A DNA stretch of 64,000 nucleotides from Acidobacteriota bacterium (GCA_003222395.1 QHWB01000034.1:147645-211644), one strand, 5' to 3'; numbered from the stretch's first letter, positions 9,761-18,676 are shown. The notes: generated from the letters alone by a model not told the origin. Translations and numbers: made by a program.

Positions 9761-11344
9761 ATGCGCGGATTCGCCCGAGGCGTCGTCAAGAGCCTGATCA
9801 CCACGGTCATATTCTTCGTCCTGCTCGAAGGCGCGCTCCGCGGCGCGTACGTGGTGCGGAACTCGTTCGTTCGCCTCGTGCCGCTGCCGTACTCGGTGGG
9901 CGATGAATACGGCCCGATTCCGCCGTGGCTCGATCGACTGCTGCTGCTCGCTCCCGACGACACGCTCATCTGGCACGTGGTGCCGAACGTCGAGCGCACC
10001 TACGTCGACATCTTCAGCCCCGTGCGCAGCGAAGAGGATCGGATCGCGCTGCTGCGGCGGTTCGTTCCCACGCTGCCACCCGAGTTCCGCCTCAACCCGA
10101 CGTGGCACATCGCGATCAACTCGAAGGGATTTCGCACAGGCGAATTCGGCGTGAAGGCGCCCGGTGTCGTCCGCATCGCGTGCGTCGGCGACTCGTGGAC
10201 GTTCGGCATGCCGGTGAATCAGGACGAGACCTATCCGAACCGGCTCGCGGCGCGGACGCGTGCCGCGTACCCGGATCGGCGGTACGAAGTGCTGAACTTC
10301 GGCATCCTCGGATATTCGTCGTTCCAGGGTCTCCAATTGATGAAGAGCGCCGTGCTCGATCTCGATCCGGACATCGTCGCGATTGGATTCGGGATGAACG
10401 ACTCGGAGGTGGCCGGCTATCGCGACAAGGACATGGTCAGCGGTACGCCACCCTCGCGCGCATGGCAGCCGATGGCTGCGGCCAAAGAGCTGGAGTTCTA
10501 CAAGCTGCTCCAGTACTTCGCGCTCAGGCTCAAGTTCCGTCCGAAGCCGATGAGCGCGTACCTGCAGGAAGAAGCCGACACGAAAGACGGCGCCGTCGAT
10601 TACGACGCGATGGATCCATGGACGCGCGTGTCGCCGCACGACTTCGAGCAGAACGTCCGCGAGATGATTCGTCTGTCGACGGCGCGCGGCGCCCGCGTCG
10701 TGCTGCTCGACAACGAGCTGTGGGAGCAGAGTCCGTATCGTCCGGTCCTGCATCGCATCGCGGCCGACGTGAACGTTCCGCTCGTCGACAGCCTGACGAT
10801 CGTCGAAGATGCGAAGAACAAACTCGTGGCGGATCTGGAAGCGGGGTTGCACCTCGCCGCCTCCGCTCCCGCCCTTCCTGCCCCTCCCGCCCTTTCTGAC
10901 CGTCCAGCCGTTCCTGCCCAATCCACCGTCATCTTCCGCGTCTCTCGCGCCGCGTTCGACGTGCCGAAGGCGTTGTCGATCGTGGGGCCGCACGCGCAAC
11001 TTGGCGATCTCGTACCGAACCGCGTGCTCATGCATGACGATGGGAAGGATGGCGACGAGCGGGCGGGCGACGGCGTGTGGAGCGTCGCCGCGTCGTTCCC
11101 TGCACGCACGCGCGTGACGTACGTCTATACCAACAGCGGCGCCGCCGGACGATGGGAAGGACTCGACATTCCGCATACACGCCACGTGTACGTTCCCGAA
11201 TCGCGCGACGGCGGACCGATCTATTTACCGGTGGAGACGTTCGGTCAGCTCTATATGCAAGGCGACGGCTGGCACCCGAATGCTGCTGGGTACGATCTGA
11301 TCGCTAAAGCCGTCGTGAAGGCGCTCGCTGGGTACGAGCGCTAA
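9761..11344 (+). CDS. SGNH/GDSL-family hydrolase with an N-terminal membrane anchor
   Basis: Block I 'IACVGDSWTFG', block III 'IGFGMND' and a C-terminal 'DGWHPNAAGYDLIA' (D-x-x-H-like). Confidence 0.75.
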   Translation: MRGFARGVVKSLITTVIFFVLLEGALRGAYVVRNSFVRLVPLPYSVGDEYGPIPPWLDRLLLLAPDDTLIWHVVPNVERTYVDIFSPVRSEEDRIALLRRFVPTLPPEFRLNPTWHIAINSKGFRTGEFGVKAPGVVRIACVGDSWTFGMPVNQDETYPNRLAARTRAAYPDRRYEVLNFGILGYSSFQGLQLMKSAVLDLDPDIVAIGFGMNDSEVAGYRDKDMVSGTPPSRAWQPMAAAKELEFYKLLQYFALRLKFRPKPMSAYLQEEADTKDGAVDYDAMDPWTRVSPHDFEQNVREMIRLSTARGARVVLLDNELWEQSPYRPVLHRIAADVNVPLVDSLTIVEDAKNKLVADLEAGLHLAASAPALPAPPALSDRPAVPAQSTVIFRVSRAAFDVPKALSIVGPHAQLGDLVPNRVLMHDDGKDGDERAGDGVWSVAASFPARTRVTYVYTNSGAAGRWEGLDIPHTRHVYVPESRDGGPIYLPVETFGQLYMQGDGWHPNAAGYDLIAKAVVKALAGYER

Positions 11345-11497
11345 TCAACACAAAGGACACGCAGCGAAAGGCCGAGTTGGATGCGTTCAGGCTTGCGATC
11401 CGAGCCGCGCCGTGGAGCAGCGGCGCTCGGCGCCCACAAAGCAACTAGCATCTGGGCGTTGGGCGCCTCTTGGTCAGCTGTCGTGCAGGGCATCTGC

Positions 11498-11590
11498 GAC
11501 GTTCTGTTCTAAATACGCGCGCGGGCTACGGCCCGCGCGCGTCAGCGCGTGGGGGTGGGGCCCCACGCGAATAAGAAAATGTTGTTCGGC
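11498..11590. repeat. Copy B (forward) of the ~90-nt double-hairpin repeat, between convergent genes
   Basis: 'gacgttctgttctaaatacGCGCGCGGGCtacgGCCCGCGCGCgtcagcGCGTGGGGgtggggCCCCACGCgaataagaaaatgttgttcgg' contains a 10-bp and an 8-bp perfect stem. Confidence 0.75.
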
Positions 11591-11591
11591 C

Positions 11592-12206
11592 TCAGCGCAG
11601 TACGCCGTTCTCCATGCGCAGCACGCGCGTCGCCCACGTTCGCGCGAAATCTTCGTCGTGTGTCGCCATGAGGAGCGCGCGGTTCTGTTGCAGCAGACCC
11701 TGCAGCAGCTCGCCGAGCTCGGAGCGGCGCGCGGGATCGAGCGACGCGGTCGGTTCGTCCATCAGCAGCACCGGCGGGTCGACCGCGAGCGCCCGCGCGA
11801 TGGCGACGCGCTGCGCTTCGCCGCCCGAGAGCTGCCGCGGCAGCGCCTCCGCGCGGTGATCGACGCCGAAGGCCGACAGCAGTTCGTGCGCGCGGCGGCG
11901 CGCGTCGTCCGGCGACAGGCCGTGCGCGTGGACCGGCGCCAGACAGATGTTCTGCATCGCCGTCAGATGCTCGAACAGATAGTGGAACTGGAAGACCATC
12001 CCGACTCTCCCCGTCACCGCGACGTGGCCGCGTTCGTACGGTTCGAGCCCGGCGATCGCGCGCAGCACGGTGGTCTTTCCCGATCCCGACGGTCCCATGA
12101 TCGCCACGAGCTCGCCGCGAGCGACCGACAAGCTCACGCCCGCGAGCACCGCGCGCGGCCCGCGGCGCAGGTGCAGGTCATCGACCGTGAGCACGACGTC
12201 GTTCAT
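11592..12206 (-). CDS. Polar amino-acid ABC transporter ATP-binding protein
   Basis: Only the last 204 codons of ORF 11592..14597 are coding. Walker A 'GPSGSGKTT', signature 'LSGGEAQRVAIARAL', Walker B 'VLLMDEPTASLD'. Confidence 0.9.
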   Translation of the reverse strand: MNDVVLTVDDLHLRRGPRAVLAGVSLSVARGELVAIMGPSGSGKTTVLRAIAGLEPYERGHVAVTGRVGMVFQFHYLFEHLTAMQNICLAPVHAHGLSPDDARRRAHELLSAFGVDHRAEALPRQLSGGEAQRVAIARALAVDPPVLLMDEPTASLDPARRSELGELLQGLLQQNRALLMATHDEDFARTWATRVLRMENGVLR

Positions 12207-13765
12207 GCAGCGGACGTTTTCCAGTGGCGCTCGAGACGGCGCGCCGCCGCCGCGAGCGGCAGGGACATGAGAAGGTAGAGCGCGGCGCACAGCGTGCCCG
12301 GGATGACCCAGCTTCCGAGGTTGGTGGCGAAAATCTGCGTCTGCTTCGTCAGCTCCATCACCGTGAGCACCGACACCAGCGACGAATCCTTCAGCAGCGC
12401 GACGAAATCGTTGGTCATCGGCGCGAGCGCGAGACGCAGCGCCTGCGGCCCGCGGATCAGCGTGAGGACCTGACGAGTGCTGAGACCCAGCGTGCGGCCC
12501 GCTTCGAGCTGACCGGCCGGGACGGCTTCGAGCGCCGAGCGGTAAATCTCGCTCTCGTACGCCGCGTAGTTGAGCGCGACGCCGAGCAGAGCGGCGGCGA
12601 ACGCGGGCAGCCGAATCGCCGCGGCGAGGCCGTAATAGATGACGAACAGCTGCAGCAGGAGCGGCGTGCCGCGGATCAGCTCGACGTAGCCGAGCAGGAT
12701 CGCGCGCAGAGGGGGCGCGCCGTACACGCGGCCCGTCGCGATCAGCACACCGATGACGACGGCGACGCCCATCGACAGACACGACAACACGATCGTGACC
12801 AGCGACGCGCGCAGCAGCGCCGGCAGATACCGCTTCATCGCCTCCCACTTGCTCACCGTCACGAGGCTCGACGTCTCGAGGCCGCCTGGCGCCGTGAACG
12901 GCTGCACCGGCTTGCCCTGAAGCAGATCCGCGTACAGCCGCGATTGATCGCCGTTCCACACGTTCCATCGACGAAAGATCCGTTCGAGCGAGCCGTCGCG
13001 CATGGCGCCGCGAAGGATCTCGTCGATCGAATCGCGCAGCGGTGCGTTCTGCGGCGACAGTACGGCGACGTAATGACCGACGGCGATCGTGTCGGGTTGA
13101 ATCGTGAACCCGGGCACGCTGCGATGACGGCGCTCGGCGAGCACCTGATCGAGGAGCACCGCGTCGACGCGCCCGATCACGAGGTCCGTGTACGGATGCA
13201 CGTCGTCGTCGTACGAGACGGCGCGGAGGCCGTACTCGCGCTCGGCGCGGAGCAGGATGTCGTACGCGATCGTGTCGCTGAGCGTGCCGACGGTCCGGCC
13301 GCGGAAATCGGCGAGGGTGCGCAGCGTCGCCGCGTCGGCGTCGCGGACGCTGAGCACCTCGCGGAATTCGTAGTACGGCACCGTGACCGCGAGCGTCGCC
13401 CGCCGCGTCGGCGTGTCTTCGAGGCCGCTCAGGCCGACGTCGGCGTCGCCGCGGACGATCGACTGCACGATCGACGTGAAGGTGATCGTGATGAATTCCG
13501 GCGTCCGGCCGAGGCCCCGCGCGATCAGGTTCGCGATCTCGACGTCGAAGCCGACGAGGCGATCGGGCTGCCGCGGATCCGCTTCGACGAACGGCGCGCC
13601 GCCTTCGGGATCGCCAGCCCAGCGAAAGACTCTGGCAGGTTCTGCGGCGGCACGTGCTTCGGCGATGGTTGTCGCGCAGCCCTTTAGGCCGGCCAGAAAA
13701 GCGATCGCGATGGCGACCGAGGGGATGGCAGCCCTGAAGGGCTGCGCTGCATGAAACCCGTGCAC
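12203..13765 (-). CDS. Amino-acid ABC transporter, fused periplasmic substrate-binding domain and permease
   Basis: The N-terminal half looks like a family-3 solute-binding protein (…GFDVEIANLIARGLGR…). The C-terminal half is a His/Glu/Gln/Arg-type permease (…LEAGRTLGLS…). GTG 13765 is chosen because the divergent gene starts at 13794. There is a 4-nt overlap with the ATPase gene. Confidence 0.8.
   Translation of the reverse strand: MHGFHAAQPFRAAIPSVAIAIAFLAGLKGCATTIAEARAAAEPARVFRWAGDPEGGAPFVEADPRQPDRLVGFDVEIANLIARGLGRTPEFITITFTSIVQSIVRGDADVGLSGLEDTPTRRATLAVTVPYYEFREVLSVRDADAATLRTLADFRGRTVGTLSDTIAYDILLRAEREYGLRAVSYDDDVHPYTDLVIGRVDAVLLDQVLAERRHRSVPGFTIQPDTIAVGHYVAVLSPQNAPLRDSIDEILRGAMRDGSLERIFRRWNVWNGDQSRLYADLLQGKPVQPFTAPGGLETSSLVTVSKWEAMKRYLPALLRASLVTIVLSCLSMGVAVVIGVLIATGRVYGAPPLRAILLGYVELIRGTPLLLQLFVIYYGLAAAIRLPAFAAALLGVALNYAAYESEIYRSALEAVPAGQLEAGRTLGLSTRQVLTLIRGPQALRLALAPMTNDFVALLKDSSLVSVLTVMELTKQTQIFATNLGSWVIPGTLCAALYLLMSLPLAAAARRLERHWKTSAA
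13728..13750. repeat. Member of the small 'GCAG(C/G)CC-loop-GG(G/C)CTGC-GCT(A/G)C' hairpin family, here inside an N-terminal coding region
   Basis: 'gcagccctgaagggctgcgctgc', a 7-bp perfect stem with a TGAA loop. It encodes part of the signal peptide (AAQPFRAA) of the SBP-permease gene. Confidence 0.4.
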
Positions 13766-13793
13766 CGCGATAGATTGTAGCGGGAGGCTCGCG

Positions 13794-14642
13794 ATGGCGA
13801 ACGTGGCGTTTCTCGGAACCGGCATGATGGGCAGCGGGATGGTGGAGGCGATGCTGCGCCGCGGCGAAGCGGTCGCGGTGTGGAACCGCACCGAGTCGAA
13901 GGCGCGCGCGCTCGAACCGCTCGGCGCGAAAGTCGCCGCGTCTCCCGCCGACGCCGTGACCGCCGCGGATCGCGTCCATCTGATGCTCCCCGACGATGCG
14001 GTCGTCGATCGCATTCTGGAGCAGAGTCTTCCGCGCGTCCGGCGCGACGCTGTCGTGATCGATCACTCGACGACCTCGCCGCGCGGCACGAAAGCGCGGA
14101 TCGAGCGTCTGCAGAAGTCTGGCGTCAGCTTCCTGCACGCGCCGGTGTTCATGTCGCCGCAGATGACGCGCGACGCCGTCGGTCTGATGATGGTGTCCGG
14201 GCCGCGGCAGGTCTACGACGCGGTCGGCTCCGTGCTGGAGAAGATGACCGGCGAAGTGTGGTACCTCGGCGAGCGCGGCGATCTGGCCGCGGCGTACAAG
14301 CTGTTCGGCAACTCGATGCTCTTCGTCCTCACCGGCGGCATCGCGGATGTCTTTGCGATGGCGAAGGCGAACGGCATCGAGCCGGCCGACGCGCTCACCG
14401 TCTTCGACAAGTTTCCGGTCGGCAACTTCATCAAGCTGCGAGGCGAGAAGATGGCGCGGCGGGACTTCAGCGCCACTTTCGAGCTGACGATGGCGCGTAA
14501 GGACACGCGCCTGATGCTCGAAGCCGCCGATGGTCAGCCGCTGACCGTACTGCCCGGCATTGCAAAGCGGATGGACGACGCGATCGCGAGCGGGCACGGG
14601 AAGGATGATCTCGGCGCCATCGCCGCCGAGGTGTTGCGATGA
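13794..14642 (+). CDS. NAD(P)-dependent beta-hydroxyacid dehydrogenase (HIBADH / 6-PGDH NAD-binding family)
   Basis: N-terminal Rossmann motif 'VAFLGTGMMGSGM'; length and overall pattern fit the family. Confidence 0.8.
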   Translation: MANVAFLGTGMMGSGMVEAMLRRGEAVAVWNRTESKARALEPLGAKVAASPADAVTAADRVHLMLPDDAVVDRILEQSLPRVRRDAVVIDHSTTSPRGTKARIERLQKSGVSFLHAPVFMSPQMTRDAVGLMMVSGPRQVYDAVGSVLEKMTGEVWYLGERGDLAAAYKLFGNSMLFVLTGGIADVFAMAKANGIEPADALTVFDKFPVGNFIKLRGEKMARRDFSATFELTMARKDTRLMLEAADGQPLTVLPGIAKRMDDAIASGHGKDDLGAIAAEVLR

Positions 14643-16057
14643 GGATGACGGTGCGTGCTCTCGTCGTCGTCTCCGTAGCGCAGGCCTTCGGGCCTGCCTT
14701 TGCGCAACAAAACTCCGACGCGATCGAGAACTTCATCTCCGTCAACGCGGAGGTCATCGCGCTGACGCACGTCCGCGTCATCGACGGCACCGGCGCCGCC
14801 GCGCGCGACGATCAGACGATCATCATTCGCGACGAGGCCATTGCCGCCCTCGGCGATGCGGCGCGCACGCCGCCGCCCGACGGCGCGAAGATTCTCGATC
14901 TGTCCGGCAGGAGCGTGATTCCCGGCCTCGTGATGATGCACGAGCATCTCTACTATCCAACCGGACCCGGCGTGTACGGTCAGCTCGGCGCGAGCTTCTC
15001 GCGTCTGTACCTCGCCGGCGGCGTGACGACGATGAGGACCGGCGGCAACATGCACGGCATCTTCGACATCAATCTCGCCCGCCGTATCGCCGATTGGGAG
15101 TTGCCCGGTCCGGACATCGACGCGACGGCGCCGTACGTCAACGGTCCGAACACCTTCCTGCAGCTGCACGCGGTGAAGACTCCACAAGAGGCGCGATCGC
15201 ACGTCGCGTACTGGGCCGGACAGGGTGCGACGTCGGTCAAGGCGTACATGCAGATCTCGCGCGCCGCGCTGAAGGCGGCCATCGACGAAGCGCATGCCCG
15301 CCGCATGAAGGTGACCGGGCATCTCTGCTCCGTGACGTACGCGGAAGCGGCGGATCTCGGCATCGACAACCTCGAGCACGGCTTCATGCCGGCCACCGAT
15401 TTCGTCGCCGACAAACAACCCGACGTCTGCCCGGGCCAGGCGCGCGGCCAGCAGGCGATCGCCGCGCTCGACGACAACGCCGCGCCGTTCAAGGCGCTGG
15501 TGAAGAAGCTCGTCGATCGCCGCGTCGCGCTGACGTCGACGCTCACCGTGTTCGAGACGTTCACTGCGGGCCGGCCGATCCCGCCGGGTCTCGAGGTGCT
15601 GACGCCGACGCTCAAAGACAGTTTTCTGCGCTCGCGGGAGCGCGCGGCCGCCAACCCGCAGTCGGCGTACGCCAAGCTCTTCCCGAAGAACCTGACGCTC
15701 GAGCGCGCGTTCGCGCGCGCAGGCGGACTGCTGACGGCCGGCACCGATCCGACGGGATTTGGCGGCGTCGTTCCCGGTTTTTCGAATCAGCGCCAGGTGG
15801 AGCTGCTCGTCGAAGAAGGCTTCACGCCGCTCGAGGCGATCTCGATCGCGACGCTCAACGGTGCGAAGTATCTGGGCCGCGACGCGCGCATCGGCACAAT
15901 CGCCGCCGGCAAGCAGGCCGATCTGGTCGTCATCAACGGCAATCCGGCGCGGACGATTGCCGACATCCGACGCGTCGAAACGGTTTTCAAGAAGGGCGTC
16001 GGATTCGATCCCGCGAAGCTGATCGCCTCCGTATCGGGACAGGTCGGGATCTGGTAG
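14639..16057 (+). CDS. Secreted amidohydrolase-superfamily metallohydrolase
   Basis: Signal peptide 'MRMTVRALVVVSVAQAFGPAFAQ'. 'VIPGLVMMHEHL' is the H-x-H metal motif region. ATGA overlap with the upstream gene. Confidence 0.75.
   Translation: MRMTVRALVVVSVAQAFGPAFAQQNSDAIENFISVNAEVIALTHVRVIDGTGAAARDDQTIIIRDEAIAALGDAARTPPPDGAKILDLSGRSVIPGLVMMHEHLYYPTGPGVYGQLGASFSRLYLAGGVTTMRTGGNMHGIFDINLARRIADWELPGPDIDATAPYVNGPNTFLQLHAVKTPQEARSHVAYWAGQGATSVKAYMQISRAALKAAIDEAHARRMKVTGHLCSVTYAEAADLGIDNLEHGFMPATDFVADKQPDVCPGQARGQQAIAALDDNAAPFKALVKKLVDRRVALTSTLTVFETFTAGRPIPPGLEVLTPTLKDSFLRSRERAAANPQSAYAKLFPKNLTLERAFARAGGLLTAGTDPTGFGGVVPGFSNQRQVELLVEEGFTPLEAISIATLNGAKYLGRDARIGTIAAGKQADLVVINGNPARTIADIRRVETVFKKGVGFDPAKLIASVSGQVGIW
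14675..14697. repeat. Member (reverse orientation) of the small hairpin family, inside signal-peptide coding sequence
   Basis: 'gtagcgcaggccttcgggcctgc' is the reverse complement of the GCAGGCC-CGAA-GGCCTGC-GCTAC form. Confidence 0.4.
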
Positions 16058-16060
16058 GGC

Positions 16061-16414
16061 TCAGCGCCGGCTGCGGGAGGCGGTTCTCATCAGCCGCTCG
16101 ACGCGTGGTACTCGCGCCAGTGGCGCAGGCTGACCGACAGAAGCGAAGACTCGTGCGATCGCCGCCGGCGCGGTGACGCGCACCCACTGCTCGATGACCG
16201 GCGCCGCCGCGCGCCACACGAGCGCGCCCGGCACGAACAGCATCGCGTAGACGAGAAGGATGGCTGCCGCCCGCGGAAGCGGACGCTGACGCCGGCCGAC
16301 GTTGATGCGACGCCGGATCGCGTCGACGGCTGGCGCGAGCAGGTAGGAAGAAGAACACCGCCAGGAGTCCGAGAATGCCGGCGGCCCCGAGGAACCGGAT
16401 AATCCTGCGCCCAT
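16061..16414 (-). pseudogene. Possible remnant of the N-terminus of an AI-2E (PerM) family transporter
   Basis: 'YLLAPAVDAIRRRINVGRRQRPLPRAAAILLVYAMLFVPGALVWRAAAPVIEQW' resembles the TM1-loop-TM2 region of AI-2E transporters. A hydrophobic segment just upstream ('RFLGAAGILGLLAVFFFL') lies in another frame, which points to a frameshift. Only ~117 codons precede the stop. Confidence 0.3.
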
Positions 16415-16421
16415 GCGAACG

Positions 16422-17249
16422 TTAAAACGTCGGGGGCGTGTTGATCCAGAGCAGGACCGCTTCGTCGCTCGACGGATTGAACCAGCGGTGACCGACGGTG
16501 CTCTCGAACCAGAAGCTGTCGCCCTGCTGCAGCGTGTGGCACTGGAGCTCGTCGAGCCAGATCTCGAGCGTGCCCGACATCATGTAGATGAATTCTTCGC
16601 CCTGATGCGAGTACGAGCCGTCGCTGCCCGCGCCGGGCGCGACGCGAAAGAGCTGACTCTCGAGCTGCCGCGCGCCGACCGAGAGCAGCTCGATGCGGAC
16701 GCCCGACTGCGTCTGAATCGCGCGCCGATCGCGCGGCCGCACCAGATGGTTCGACTGCTTCGGCACGTCGAAGAAATCGAGCACCGTCGACCCGTACGTC
16801 GAGGCGAGGCGCTGCAGCGTCGCGACGGAGGGATTGGCGCGCGAGAGCTCGATCGCGCTGAGAAAGCCCGCGGAGATCTTCGATCGCTTCGCGGCCTCGA
16901 CGACGCCGAGACCGGTCTTCTTTCGCAGCCTTCGCAGCTTGGCGCCGAGATCCGTCGGGCGCGGCCCCTGCGCGTTCCGCGCCGACGCGGTCTTGCCGAG
17001 CACCTGCTTGATGCCGGGCAGGTTCAGCAGCTTGACGTCGCGGAGGTACTTGATTCGCTTGAGGACCTCGAGCAGCTCCGGGCTGTAGAGCCGATACCGG
17101 CCGTTGCTGCGCGCCGGCGCGACCAGCCCGACGCTCTCCCACAGCCGCAGCGTCGACGGACTGACGCCGAGGATCCGCGCGGTTTCACCGACCGTCAGCA
17201 GTCCGATCCGCGATGCGCGTCCGCGCCTGGCCTTCGTGCGACGTCTCAT
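16422..17249 (-). CDS. Transcriptional regulator with MerR-type HTH, XRE-type HTH and a cupin sensor domain (the last two thirds are PuuR-like)
   Basis: 'LTVGETARILGVSPSTLRLWESVGLVAPARSNGRYRLYS' (MerR HTH); 'LGAKLRRLRKKTGLGVVEAAKRSKISAGFLSAIELSRANPSVATLQRLA' (XRE HTH); C-terminal cupin 'HQGEEFIYMMSGTLEIW…GDSFWFESTVGHRW'. I prefer the start at ATG 17249 because it leaves the divergent promoter free. Confidence 0.8.
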   Translation of the reverse strand: MRRRTKARRGRASRIGLLTVGETARILGVSPSTLRLWESVGLVAPARSNGRYRLYSPELLEVLKRIKYLRDVKLLNLPGIKQVLGKTASARNAQGPRPTDLGAKLRRLRKKTGLGVVEAAKRSKISAGFLSAIELSRANPSVATLQRLASTYGSTVLDFFDVPKQSNHLVRPRDRRAIQTQSGVRIELLSVGARQLESQLFRVAPGAGSDGSYSHQGEEFIYMMSGTLEIWLDELQCHTLQQGDSFWFESTVGHRWFNPSSDEAVLLWINTPPTF

Positions 17250-17289
17250 GAACGCGCCGCGATCATAAGGCAATCGCCGCGCCGATGTG

Positions 17290-17318
17290 TTGACAGCCAT
17301 ACATCTTTCTAGTAGAAC
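17290..17318 (+). promoter_or_regulatory. Sigma70-like promoter with a conserved spacer motif (P2), possibly giving a leaderless mRNA
   Basis: TTGACA (17290-17295), a 17-nt spacer 'gccatacatctttctag', then TAGAAC (17313-17318). The ATG at 17327 is only ~8 nt downstream and has no SD. The motif recurs at 30640-30668 and 30572-30601. Confidence 0.45.
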
Positions 17319-17326
17319 CGCGGGCC

Positions 17327-18676
17327 ATGGCCGCCATCAGCATCCGCACGGAGATTCCCGGGCCAAGGTCGCGCGCGCTCATGCGGCGCCGCGCCGCGGC
17401 GGTCCCGAGGGGCGTCGCGCACGCCGCGCCGGTGTTCGCGGCGTCCGCCGACGGCGTCCGCGTGACCGACGTCGACGGCAACGTGTACCTCGACTTCGCC
17501 GGCGGCATCGGCGTGATGAACGTCGGCCACTCGGCGCCGTCGGTGGTGGCCGCCGTCGGCCGGCAGGCCGAACGCCTGACGCATGTCTGCTTCGCCGTGC
17601 AACCGTACGAATCGTACGTGGCCCTGGCCGAACGCCTCGCGGCGCTGACGCCCGGAAGGTTCGCGAAGAAAACGCTGCTCGTCAACAGCGGCGCTGAAGC
17701 GATCGAGAACGCGATCAAGATCGCACGTCATGCGACTGGCCGTCCGGGCGTGCTGTGCTTCGAAGACGCGTTCCACGGGCGCACGCTGCTCGCGCTGTCG
17801 CTCACGAGCAGAGTCGCGCCGTACAAACTCGGGTTCGGTCCGTTCGTGCCGGACGTGGTGCGCGTGCCGTACGCCTATTGCTATCGCTGCGCGTATCACA
17901 CCGAGCATCCGGACTGCGCTGTGGCGTGCGTCGACGCCATCGAGCGGCAGTTCCAGCGCCACGTCGATCCGCGGACGATTGCCGCGGTCGTCGTCGAACC
18001 GGTACTCGGAGAAGGCGGCTTCGTCGTGCCGCCGATCGGCTATCTCTCGAAGCTTGCCGCGCTCTGCCGCCGCCACGGCATCGTCCTCATCGTCGATGAA
18101 GTGCAGACAGGTTTCGGCCGCACCGGTCGCATGTTCGCGTGCGAGCACGACGGCGTCGAGCCCGACCTGCTGGTCGCGGCCAAATCGCTGGCCGCCGGCC
18201 TGCCGCTGGCCGCCGTCATCGGCCGTGCGGAGCTGATGGATTCGCCTGTCGAGGGTGGGCTTGGCGGCACGTACGGCGGCAACCCGATCGCCTGCGCGGC
18301 CGCGCACGCCGTGCTCGATCTCTTCGAGTCGGGAGACCTGCTGCGACGCAGCGAGGCGATTGGCGCGCGCATCGAGGCGCGCGCGCGCGAATGGGCGCGG
18401 AGCTGTCCGCTGGTCGGCGACGTGCGGCGGCGCGGCGCGATGGTCGGCGTCGAGCTCGTCACGAACAGGGAGACGCGCGAGCCCGCCAAGCGCGAGACCG
18501 AAGAAATCATCCGGCTCGCGTGCGAGCGCGGCGTGCTCATGATCGCCGCCGGCACGTTCGGAAACGTCATCCGCTTCCTGACGCCGCTCACGATCACGAA
18601 CGACGAGCTCGACGAGGGGCTCGAGGTGCTGTCCGAGTCGGTCCGGGCGGTGACCTCGCAGCTCGCGGCGCGCTGA
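17327..18676 (+). CDS. gabT: Class-III PLP aminotransferase, 4-aminobutyrate aminotransferase-like
   Basis: 449 aa. 'IRTEIPGPRS', 'DFAGGIGVMNVGHS', 'LVNSGAEAIENAIKIAR', 'IVDEVQTGFGRTG' and the PLP-lysine region 'LLVAAKSLAAG' are typical of GabT. Confidence 0.8.
   Translation: MAAISIRTEIPGPRSRALMRRRAAAVPRGVAHAAPVFAASADGVRVTDVDGNVYLDFAGGIGVMNVGHSAPSVVAAVGRQAERLTHVCFAVQPYESYVALAERLAALTPGRFAKKTLLVNSGAEAIENAIKIARHATGRPGVLCFEDAFHGRTLLALSLTSRVAPYKLGFGPFVPDVVRVPYAYCYRCAYHTEHPDCAVACVDAIERQFQRHVDPRTIAAVVVEPVLGEGGFVVPPIGYLSKLAALCRRHGIVLIVDEVQTGFGRTGRMFACEHDGVEPDLLVAAKSLAAGLPLAAVIGRAELMDSPVEGGLGGTYGGNPIACAAAHAVLDLFESGDLLRRSEAIGARIEARAREWARSCPLVGDVRRRGAMVGVELVTNRETREPAKRETEEIIRLACERGVLMIAAGTFGNVIRFLTPLTITNDELDEGLEVLSESVRAVTSQLAAR

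Noticed and set aside
11592-14597. 1001-aa minus-strand ORF spanning the ABC ATPase, the SBP-permease gene and the divergent dehydrogenase gene
   Set aside because: Only the last 204 codons (11592-12206) encode a recognisable protein, the ABC ATPase. The upstream part is a stop-free out-of-frame read through other genes.
16090-17142. 350-aa minus-strand ORF overlapping the regulator gene
   Set aside because: It is out of frame with the MerR/XRE/cupin regulator, which has clear HTH and cupin motifs. The product is Arg/Ala-rich with no motifs.
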